64,000 nucleotides of DNA from Amoebidium appalachense. Its lineage: Eukaryota; Protista; Ichthyosporea. The first letter of the stretch is position 1. Each line of letters begins with the position of its first letter. The DNA is taken from the NCBI GenBank assembly GCA_963693365.1, contig CAVNZM010000015.1, positions 4,905,502 to 4,969,501 on the forward strand. Reading direction: 5' to 3'. This document shows positions 1 to 38,458 of this stretch, one piece after another. The position numbers and the translations under genes were made by a program. The notes below the pieces were generated by a model. The model did not search any database and was not told where the DNA came from. It worked only from the letters and a program-made list of their open reading frames with translations.

Positions 1-143
1 CCCCCCCCCCCCCCATCCCCCCCTCCTCCCCCCCCTAGGCTTCCCGTTTTCCCCACCTGTCCTGTGGATCCTCTTTATGGGCAGGGTGTTTTTTTTTCAC
101 TTTCCGTCTCTCTCTCCCTCCCTCCCTCTCTCCCTATCACTCT

Positions 144-312
<169 letters not shown>

Positions 313-345
313 TAGTCTGGTATGTCATAAGGATATGCCCTCCCC

Positions 346-382
<37 letters not shown>

Positions 383-1065
383 AATGGCCCATCTGAATCC
401 GGCAACATCAGCTCATATTAGTAGGGTCCCCCTCCCCCAAAGGTTTTTTTTTTGTTTTCAAGTTACCGGGTACCCTTGGCGCACTTGGTGCGTGCGCGTG
501 TGCGCGCGTGCGTGCGCCAAAAACGTACCGACAAGATTTCCATATTTATACTCAGGAACTTCATCGGCCCCCTTTAGCTAATAATACATGGTTCATGATG
601 GTTTTGCGATCATACTCCGTACTAATAAACAATGTTTTCCCCTCCCTCCCCCCTACCCTCCCCTCCCTTCCCCCCCCCCCCCCCCCCCCCCTTCACACGT
701 GACGCCAGACACCATGTACACCATACAGTAAGATTCTGAACAAACATGCATATCCCCCCCCCCCCCCCCCCCCCCCCCCACCCCCCCCTCACCCCCACCC
801 CCTAAAGACACACCCACGCAGAGTACACTGACCCACCCACCAACACACACACACACACGCATGCGCGCCCCCGCGCAACACAAGTACACACACATGCACA
901 TGCACTCATCATGCGTCAGAGCAAGGTGCATCCATATTACAGTTTCGAGTAGTTCGAACGTCTGCCCATTAGTATTACGACTCTTGAAGAAAATTAAAGC
1001 AAACTTAGTCTACTGGTAACATGCAAAAAGGAGTTGGTGATGGTGGTGGTGATGGTGGTGGTTGT

Positions 1066-1099
<34 letters not shown>

Positions 1100-1139
1100 C
1101 ATTTGGTATTACTAAGCCTTAGGAATTTTTGAATTTGAA

Positions 1140-1170
<31 letters not shown>

Positions 1171-1216
1171 AGAGTAGTAAATATCGACGTCCCCCCTGGT
1201 GGTACCCCCCCCTCCC

Positions 1217-1253
<37 letters not shown>

Positions 1254-1471
1254 CCAAGGTAGCCGCTACCTTGCTGGGGTGGGTTGGGTCGTCCCCTCCC
1301 CGTTTCAAAATCAAGAATCCGTGCGTGCGTGTCTGCGAAGTATGTACCAGAGTGTATCCGCCCCGGGGCACTACCAAAAACAGTCGTGCGGTCCGCGTGT
1401 TATATTTGCACTCAAACGACGTCTTGTGCACGTGTGCCTCGTGTGCACACATTCCATTATGGCGTGCAACA

Positions 1472-1547
1472 CAAATATACCCATCACATGCTTGTGTTCG
1501 GAGGTGTCAAATATACCCATCACATGCATGTGTTCGGAGGTGTCAAA
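1472..1547. repeat. 36-bp tandem duplication
   Basis: caaatatacccatcacatgc(t/a)tgtgttcggaggtgt x2 plus caaa, with 1 mismatch. Confidence 0.9.
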
Positions 1548-1777
1548 GGGAGCACGATTACTGTCACAATTACGTGCCTTGCAAAGGCACGTGTTGGGTG
1601 GTTAAGTATCTATCGGCATTTATCCAATTCAAAGGTTGGATTTGTGTTTCAAGTTTGCTGCATGCTACATAGGACATGGACATATCATCCAGTGTCGTGA
1701 CTTGCAGGGTAGCATTATACGTTACCCTTGCAAGTGTTTGAACGTGTTTCATTTGTGGCTCACGTATTGGGCCGGAG

Positions 1778-1993
1778 TGTTGTTTATTCAAAAACTCCGG
1801 GACCCAGCCACTTGACTTTTTCAAAGACTATCTAGAAACTGTCAAACACCGGTGGGTACGTTACAGTTGGATTAAAGAAACACTCACTATACGCTAACAG
1901 GTGGCTACGTTCATGAAAAATCAACACACCGTTGTTTACTTCTTAGGCCGGCATTTTTCGCCCAATACAAACATTCCGTTAAAATCGACATGA
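1778..1993 (+). CDS. Possible 3' end of an unknown gene (two exons split by a 45-nt intron)
   Basis: Frame ..LFKNSGTQPLDFFKDYLETVKHRW, donor GTACGT at 1856, GCTAACAG branch/acceptor ending at 1900, in-phase continuation VATFMKNQHTVVYFLGRHFSPNTNIPLKST-TGA (1991-1993). No recognisable domain; 5' part unresolved. Confidence 0.3.
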
Positions 1994-2228
1994 TATCCCT
2001 TCCCAGTCTCAATACTTTGCCAACTACAAAGAGGGGATAAAAAGAGAATCTGAGGGAGGGAGGGGAGGGGAGATAGAGAGGGAGACGGGCCGGAGACTTC
2101 AAACTACCTCAAAACTGTTCAATTTTCATCACTACCGAAAAGGTTTGAAACACCATATACACTCCTCAAGACCCGTTGACCGAGATACAAAATGCCTGGA
2201 ACAGTGCCTGATTCTATCATACCCCATC

Positions 2229-2921
2229 TCACTCGGCTTCAGAGACACTCTGCATGGGTGGCATCGGATTGAGACAAGCGACCAACGCATTATCCTCGAT
2301 CAGCTGCTTGGGCTTGCTGCCCACTGGCCCCCCCACTGCCACATTCACCCGTCCCAGGCTAGTTCGCACCAACACACGGGCCCCCATCCTTGCACTGACC
2401 CACACAAACTGCTCGAGATGAGTCAGGTCAGTCTCTTCGTGCTTCGACGACGGATACACCAAACTTCCTGAAATCACTTCGATATCCTTGCACCCGTACT
2501 CTTCCAACTTTTTCTCAACGAAGATGCTGAAGGCGAGGGCCTGCCCTACGGCGTCGGTGGCTTTGTTGAGGGGTTTCACCTCCCACACGATGATTCGCAT
2601 GCCCTTTGTTCCCACATCTTTCAGGAACATGGACTTAACCATGGTCGAGGTGGGCATATGGTAGGTTACGCTCTCAAGCTCCTCGAATTTCTCAGCCGCC
2701 TGCCAAAACAGCGCTTTTACATGTTCGGGTACATCTTTTGAAAAAGCAACCAAATCTGCCTGTTTGCTGTCATTCCCCCGAAACCTCACCTCTGCAAAGC
2801 CCCACCCCTCGTACTGGGACTTGAGCCACCCCTGGTGTCCGTTGTGTTGGACCTTGGTGTCCCTACACCGGAGCCCCCCAGGGGCTGCCTTGGGCATTTC
2901 TAAATCGCTGGCATTTTCTTC
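2229..2921 (-). CDS. Terminal exon of a putative PD-(D/E)xK (restriction-endonuclease-fold) nuclease-like protein
   Basis: About 230 open codons after a ttgcag| acceptor at 2922-2923, in non-repetitive sequence. Motif order E(AEVRF)..D(QADLVAF)..ExK(IIVWEVK)..QxxxF(AVGQALAF) resembles RecB/NucS-type PD-(D/E)xK nucleases. Upstream exons (3255-3451, ~3700-3850) unresolved. Confidence 0.5.
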   Translation of the reverse strand, partial: EENASDLEMPKAAPGGLRCRDTKVQHNGHQGWLKSQYEGWGFAEVRFRGNDSKQADLVAFSKDVPEHVKALFWQAAEKFEELESVTYHMPTSTMVKSMFLKDVGTKGMRIIVWEVKPLNKATDAVGQALAFSIFVEKKLEEYGCKDIEVISGSLVYPSSKHEETDLTHLEQFVWVSARMGARVLVRTSLGRVNVAVGGPVGSKPKQLIEDNALVACLNPMPPMQSVSEAE

Positions 2922-3587
2922 CTGCAAGGGAACACAAGCACATGGTCGTCAGTTGTAGTACTGTACATAGCGATAGGTACTTCAAGCAATTCGGTGATTG
3001 GGCAAGTTATGCCTTGAAATTTTGGAATGAGGCCACAACTACCTGGTCACCTTCTATCAGAAATGCACGTCGTAACATGCTTTCAGCATTTGAAAGCATG
3101 CCGAGGCCGGAATATCGAACAAGTTATAGGAGCACACTGAGGGAACCCTAGCATAACCTTCATGTAGGCAATGGGAAAGTGCACACCTCACAACCAAAAA
3201 GCTGGTGCTCGCTGATAAGCAAGATGGCTCTACAACCCGTCACCATGTACGTACCGTGTCAGACGCATCTGTGTCGTCGTCACTCGTGTCTTTGAAGGGC
3301 GAAACTTGAGGACCACGGCTCCCCTACCAACCTTGCCTTCTTGCACGCTTTGGTTTTGCATGCTGTGTCTGTGCCGCAGCATTTCGAGATATTTTCTTGA
3401 AGCCTTGTAGGCGGCAGTAAACACATGAGGAGGTGCCCGTGTCGGGGCCATCTGTGTTTTGAAAAAAAAAAAGGGTGGTTGGGACACGCAAACGTGTGAA
3501 CACTAGCACAAGCATACGTACGGCACATGATGAATCCGTACCATGGCCAGCTACCCTATGCCTACAGTAGTGCTGCTTGAACTCACG

Positions 3588-3745
3588 AGTTCTATGACCT
3601 TAACCCACACACGTGCAGTTACGTGTCCGGGCTCAAGAGCGCCGAAACCATCTAGCTGCCCACAAGTTCTACGACCTTAACCCACACACGTGCACTCACG
3701 TGTTCGGGCTCAAGAGCGCTGAAACCTCCTGGCTGCCCACAAGTT
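3588..3745. repeat. 77-bp two-copy tandem repeat
   Basis: Units start at 3588 and 3665 (agttcta(t/c)gaccttaacccacacacgtgca...gctgcccaca), roughly 90% identical. Confidence 0.9.
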
Positions 3746-4173
3746 TTTTGACAGACACTGAAAGGAAGAAGGTCCCCAAGCCCGAGGGCACTGAGGACAT
3801 GCCCCACGAGACTGAAAGTCCGTGGGGAAAAGGGGTCTTCCGGGCATGCCTACCCCGCCCAGGCCCAGAGCGCTAAGCAGGTATAGGCAGGTCCCCGACC
3901 GTGGGAGGGAGAGAGAGAGAAAAAGGCCTGCTCCAGAGCCACCCACCTTAACCACGTACGTTGTAGTTCCTTCTGTGGCGGCAAGGTGTTGATGTCAACC
4001 TGTCAATGCGATTATTTGTTTCTTCTTTGCAGGAGCATTGGATTGAATGGATTTTATTTCGATCCGGGGGCATATCAGATAGCTTCACCTTAAATGCCTA
4101 AACAGGCCCGCGTGGGGTATTAGGCCAAAAAAAAAAACAAAAAAAAACTGTAGATCTTCTCTCTCACTGACAG

Positions 4174-4238
<65 letters not shown>

Positions 4239-4523
4239 CCCTCCCCCCCCCCCCCCCCCCCCCCCCCCCCTGTCTCTCTCACACACACACACTCTCTCCC
4301 CCCTGCCTCTTTCAGAGTCTCTAGCTCTCTCTCTCTTTCTCTTTAGATCTCACCCCCTCTCCTCCTCCTCCCGTAATTCAGTAATCATATCACTAGTTGA
4401 CAACTCTTCAATTTTTCAACAGTTAAATGTGCATACGTACGCTTCGTGTGACAGGTTGACTCAAAGGTCAATACATATTAAGGCAACGTTCTTTATTTGG
4501 TTACGTTTACTGCCCTACCATCC

Positions 4524-4607
<84 letters not shown>

Positions 4608-5067
4608 CATACATATTGGATCCAAGACATATAGTTCTGGCGCCCACTATCAACACTCTCAAAAGTACATGCGTTTGCAAACTACGCTGTGTAAATTGTC
4701 CACGATGTCTGTGTAACGACCACACTTACAATCAGGTAGCTATGTAATGCTATCAACGTTTCTTTATTGTCCGCATCCACACACCGCCGGTGCGATGTAT
4801 AACAATACATTTTTTATTAATTAAACTAGACACGGCTCAAAACAAAAACGAAAACCAAAAAAAAAAAAAAAACCCAAGTTGGACCATAAAAACGTTGACG
4901 GTCACATGTCCAGTGTATACATATATCAGCCAAAGCAACCCACCACACAATTTTTAAAGTTACAAAACCGGCAATACACCTTCAGTTCTTTACACAGACC
5001 CAGAAACAAAAAACGAAAAACAAAGAATACCACCCTAACACCCAACCACTCGCATCATCCACATTGC

Positions 5068-33474
<28,407 letters not shown>

Positions 33475-34701
33475 GTTGGTCGTCGTGCCTGTATCGAGGT
33501 AGAGTCCTGCTTGTCGCCTACTCTCACACACACATGCTGACACTGCCACTGCACTGCCCTAATCGAGGCTAAGTAGCAAGCTCTCTTGTACAGCGCAGAT
33601 TACAGAAGTTTGAATAAACCATACAAGTCTGCTTCTACAACTCTAGTCGCGTTCAAGCGCTAAAGCCATCCGCTTGGCAAACTTCTGGTGGTGTGCGCAT
33701 GCACTCTAGAGAAAAGTACAGTTTTTCGTTTGTACGTGGCGGCTACGAAAAAGTTGAAGTGCCGCAAGAAAGCGACATCTGCGCCCGCACTCGATTGTGT
33801 CAACGATGTGTACGAGGGATTCAATGCAGTTCAACTTGATTTTTTGATTATTACATGTGATATTCAAAGCAGAGAAACACACAGCGATATGTGCTTTATT
33901 CACTTTTGCTTTTTTTTCTGCTTTATTTTTATTTTTCTGACTACTGTTGTCTTTTTAGATGCCTCAAGCCTCTTTTGCATGGGGGTGCATGATTGCCGCA
34001 GCATGATTCTTCCGACTTGTTTCGATAGAAACGAGGTTTCAAGAAGCCCGATTTCCGTCATCGTTTTTCTCGCCTAAAAAGGCTATTGCTCCACAGCTAC
34101 CAATCGAAAGAATTCTAACTGCCATCAAAGCTTGAACCACAGATCCATGCAGGGTCTTTGAGCACCAAATCCATTTATTAGTTGTTTAAGTGGTTGTCAT
34201 GCGCTTATCGACTATTAGCCAATCAAACGGTCCTATTGGTGACGTTGTACCAAACATGGGCCATCGATGACAATACATATCATTCGGGGGCTGAACCAAA
34301 ACATGCGTATCCTTTTGTGTACGTGGCAGTTCTTTGTTTGTGTTGTGTGCTGTCGAACTTGGCAAAAGTTGAAGGTGCCGTGCCCAGGAAGCTATCTGTA
34401 ATCAGAGTGTAGTTTTGGGACGGTTGGCCTCAAGAGCGTGTCAACAAAGGAGCATGAGACTGCCCTATTTGCTGACGTTAATCGAAAAGGGGGTGCACAG
34501 CAGCAGGTCCGCCCGACTCTACCATTTGAATAAACGATGCCAGTATGGCTGACACATAAGTGGCAATAGCATCCGTTTACAGTGATACAAGAGCCCCTCT
34601 TTTTCATGGCACTTGCTAAAAGGCTTTTCTAAAGCTATTCTTCTCTTAGTAAATTTAAATAAACAACCCCTAGTGATTAGATGTGGTTAGGCACAACAAA
34701 C
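33475..34701. promoter_or_regulatory. Divergent intergenic/promoter region between SEC16 and the GPCR gene
   Basis: Head-to-head inferred start codons 1.2 kb apart. No microsatellites; CCAAT/ATTGG at ~34100, 34219 and 34235, and TGACGT at ~34240 and 34473. Confidence 0.4.
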
Positions 34702-36837
34702 ATGGTAGAGTTCGATCTTTCTGACACAGGCTGCCGATGGAACTGGTCTGTTGCTGAAAGCGGCCTTCCTTGCGGCGGATACACGTGCCCTAGCTTCTAC
34801 GTCATGAAGGTTGAACGAAGCCTGTGTTGTTGCTGAGGGGTCGGGAGATCGTTGGGGAGATTATGAGGGGTAGGGGGAGGAGGGGGAGGGGGGGGGGGGG
34901 AAAGGGGGGGGGGGGGGGGGGGGATAAGGACGTTGGTTTAGTTTAGGAGCAAGTGTAAGGATAAAGTAGAGGAAAGGGAACGGAGAGAGAGAAAGTTGGA
35001 ACAGGGGGGGAAACAAGAGGAGCATAGAGAGGGCAGAGCTTTAAGTTTAACTCACAAAATAACTTCACCTGCTACAAACGATGGCTTGACCCTTGTATGT
35101 TGGCACAGTGACTGGTTTTGCCCTTTAGTGCAAAAGGAGTTGCCCCCCACTCCACCAACCCCTCCTCCCTCCCTCCCCCCCCCTCCCCCCCCCCCCCCCC
35201 CCCCACCCCCCACCCCTCTCCCCTCTTTCCTGACTGCTTTTAGCCATGCTATTCCCTTTTTCACCGGTCAAAAAGTAGGCTTACCCAAAAGCTCATCAAA
35301 GTTTCAAAGTTTGGAGGGCGACTGACACTTGCACGCAGAAAGTATCTTTAGCTGCAGCGCTATCCAGTCTCCTTGCATGTGTTGGTGTGTTTCTGGCAAC
35401 GGGCCACTACTACTACATCCGCCATGCTAAGTTCTCCGTTATTCAATTTTATCCCACCTACCTATGTTTGCCTCAGATCATCTTTGCATTTAGCACGATT
35501 ATGGCAAGTTTACCGCTCTCTGCCGCCCAGACATTCGGCGGTGTTTTAGGGTGTAAACTGCAGGGGTTGTTTTGGGAGTTTGGTATCTTGAGCAGTGCAT
35601 TTACAACTGCATGGGTAGCGTATTCTCTTTATCGCCTCCTTTCTGGTCAACGACCCACCATATGGAAGAAACGCGTTCTCTTACTTTTCTGGATATTAAT
35701 CCTTCCTCTAATTCTTACTCTTCCTCCATATTTTTTAAATCTTTACAGACCTTATCGGTCGAGATGCGGTGTGGCCTCGCATAACAACTTTCTTGTTATT
35801 TCCTACAATGTAGTCATACCATTCTCTATACAGCTTATTGCAGCTTTCCTGCACATTCGCTCACATATAATCCTTGTTCGATCCGTGCAATTGCGCACAG
35901 CACCTGGTCATCTGTTGCGAGTTGCCGGACCAATGAGTGGGCCAAGCAGGGATATGTTACCACGTAGGCATTCACCCAGAAATAACAACGAAGAGCATGG
36001 AGAAGGCTGCAGCGACGACGGGTGTGAAACTAATGAGGCAATCGTTGTTGTTGATGTGGCTCACCAGGAGACGGGAGAAACACAGCTGACGACTATGCAG
36101 AGAAGGGGGCACATACATCAGGTGGGCTGTCAACTGTAAAATGGTTGTGTGTGTTTTTTGTCCGCGCGGGCCCCGGGGGGGGGGGGGGGGATAGGTTAGA
36201 TTTTCTGGGTGATATTCCCGTAGAATTCTACGGGAATTCCCATAGAATTTCTGAAGACGGACGGAGAAGGGGGCGCAGGGAAGGGGGAGGGGGGGGGAGG
36301 AGAGAGAGAGATGGGCTTTCCATGACCACTTGACCAGATGAATTTTTTATATATATGTAATGCTCTGTGTCTGTCCAGAAACAGACCGGTGCTAAGTATG
36401 ACTAAATTAATGACACAAAGCCAGAATCTTCCGAAACCTTCGGCACTGGCGCACCGGACCTTCAACACCAGCTGCAGGCTCAAATCTCCCCCGTGCCACA
36501 ACGGGGGGTTGCAGCGGCATACCTCCCCTGTGAAAACATCTGTCTACCTTCGCCCCCAAGGAACCTATCCTGGTCAGTAACAACTATAAGACCCCCTGCG
36601 CTAGATACAGACCCGGAAGGGTGTGCGGCACTCAAGAGATTGGCAATCATGTTTGGGTTTTTTGTGCTTGTGTTTGTGGTTCAGTGGATACCTTATGGTG
36701 TTCATATGATATACTCTGTGGTGTATGGTTGCAATAGTGTCCCTCTAGCCATACTTCAGGGTTTGTTGGTCAACTTGGGTGGGGTTCTGAATGCCATTCT
36801 TTACACACTGCTCCTGTCTGGAAGTAGACGCAGTTGA
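34702..36837 (+). CDS. 7TM G-protein-coupled receptor, cAMP-receptor-like (Dictyostelium CAR/GCR1/Git3-like)
   Basis: Exons 34702-34809, 35339-36121 and ~36421-36837 (last acceptor uncertain: 36379, 36421 or 36478). Seven hydrophobic segments; TM3 GCKLQGLFWEFGILSSAFTTAWVAYSLY, TM6 VFVVQWIPY, TM7 LQGLLVNLGGVLNAILY; long third intracellular loop; AATAAA at 37192. Confidence 0.75.
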
Positions 36838-37273
36838 TGATGACCCCGAGTCGTGTTTTTCATAGCGACTGCAGCTGGTCACCCGGTCTTTTATGCTTTC
36901 TAAAAAGAATAGTAATAAAAACCAGGGTACGGTGTTTTTTTTTCCCTCCTTTGTTTTTCTTCTCTCCTTTTTTTTTTTTTTTTTTTTTTTTTTTGCCTTT
37001 TACGTTCGAGTTGGCAGAGTGTTGCTTTTCTCTTTTGAACATTTACCTGCCATATTGGGCAGGTTTACGTATCGGCACTTGCTGTGCATGATAACAAGCC
37101 ATGTATGTTTAAATACATTTTTAATGTTTTTTAGCATCACATCGATTCAAATGTCGCACATCGATTCAAATGTCGCTCTTTATTATCTGCTAATAAATAG
37201 TATCCTTCGCGCATCCACCCCTAAACCAGGCCATCCGTGGCCCTAAGGGCCGGGGAACACCCCCATCCATGTC

Positions 37274-38458
37274 ATGGCACATGCCTATAATCGTTTCAGA
37301 ACCTCTTTCAAAGTTCCATCTACACCCATCACACATGTGCGACCATTAAAACGTCCAGCAGATACACCTACCACAGATGCACAACCAGAAAAACATCGCC
37401 TTAGACTAAGCGCAACACCTATTTACAATACACTACCCATTCAGAATAACACCACACCACTCCGTAGAAACACAATAACAACCATGCCGAAACTTTCGGT
37501 TGATACAGTACTGGCAGAACTTGCCCTCGTTAAGAAACAGCTAAATGAGCTGTTACCACTCAAGAACATGATAGAAAAACTCCAAACAGAAAATACCCAA
37601 CTCAAGCTCACCATTGATTCACTCACAGCCCAGCTAAACATTAGTGGATCGCAAAACCCCAAAACTCATGAGCAAACATCTCGCGACGGAGACATTTCCA
37701 CCCCAACACAAAACAACACAGGACCGGAAGCACAGCTCCCGGCAGAGTTCCTAGAATATGCGAACTCTCGTAAAACACCCGAGCTCCGCCAAATTGCCAA
37801 GGAAACATATGCCAGCATTCTTGCAGGCAACGAGTACCGCCGCAACTCCCCTCCCAAACCGCCGGCTAAGGGGAACACCCAAGCAAACGGTAACATCAAC
37901 ATCCCACCCAAATACGAGAGGGTGTATTTCAAAGTCAAGCACGGCAGACGCCCACACAGGGCCATGTGGTCCATCTTCAAGGCTCTCGGCTTCCGGTGCT
38001 CTCGCATCCTTTGTCTGTCCTTCATTGGATACGATGTGCTGGAAGTAGCAGTACGGGGCGACTATAACCGTGCGTTCATCCGTGACGCGACAAAGGGGTG
38101 TGGAAGCTTCTTCACCCACCTCCCAAGCTACGACCCATGCGCGCCGGAAAACATTCAGAAAGCAGACAAAGAACGTAAAGTGTCTGCTAAGAATGCGTGC
38201 GCCACACGTTGTCGTGTACGCATCAGCAAGGCAAAAGAGTTCCTCGCAAAGTTGGAAAACGATGCTACGAGCGTGATAGACACGGACACGAAGGAACCAA
38301 TGTTTTCTGGTGAGAAACTGCTCGAGCGCAAACGCCGATGCGAGATGGAAATCGAGCTCTTCTGCGAACTGTTCGCGCTGGCGGAAGGTCGTGCATACGA
38401 CCCCGTAAGCGACAAGTGGGAACCAACCCCACAGGTGTCGGACCAAACCGATGCCTAA
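37274..38458 (+). CDS. LINE ORF1 protein (394 aa)
   Basis: Long intronless ORF directly upstream of APE-RT; coiled-coil-like heptads (LAELALVKKQLNELL..IEKLQTENTQLKLTIDSL) followed by a basic globular region. No clear CCHC knuckle. Confidence 0.85.
   Translation: MAHAYNRFRTSFKVPSTPITHVRPLKRPADTPTTDAQPEKHRLRLSATPIYNTLPIQNNTTPLRRNTITTMPKLSVDTVLAELALVKKQLNELLPLKNMIEKLQTENTQLKLTIDSLTAQLNISGSQNPKTHEQTSRDGDISTPTQNNTGPEAQLPAEFLEYANSRKTPELRQIAKETYASILAGNEYRRNSPPKPPAKGNTQANGNINIPPKYERVYFKVKHGRRPHRAMWSIFKALGFRCSRILCLSFIGYDVLEVAVRGDYNRAFIRDATKGCGSFFTHLPSYDPCAPENIQKADKERKVSAKNACATRCRVRISKAKEFLAKLENDATSVIDTDTKEPMFSGEKLLERKRRCEMEIELFCELFALAEGRAYDPVSDKWEPTPQVSDQTDA

Noticed and set aside
573-588. 15-bp match (ttagctaataataca) to the retro-insert at 5441
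   Set aside because: Too short and AT-rich, with no flanking similarity.
37195-37260. HDV-like ribozyme at the LINE 5' end (tccttcgc loop-like motif)
   Set aside because: The P1, P2 and P3 pairings around the motif are missing.
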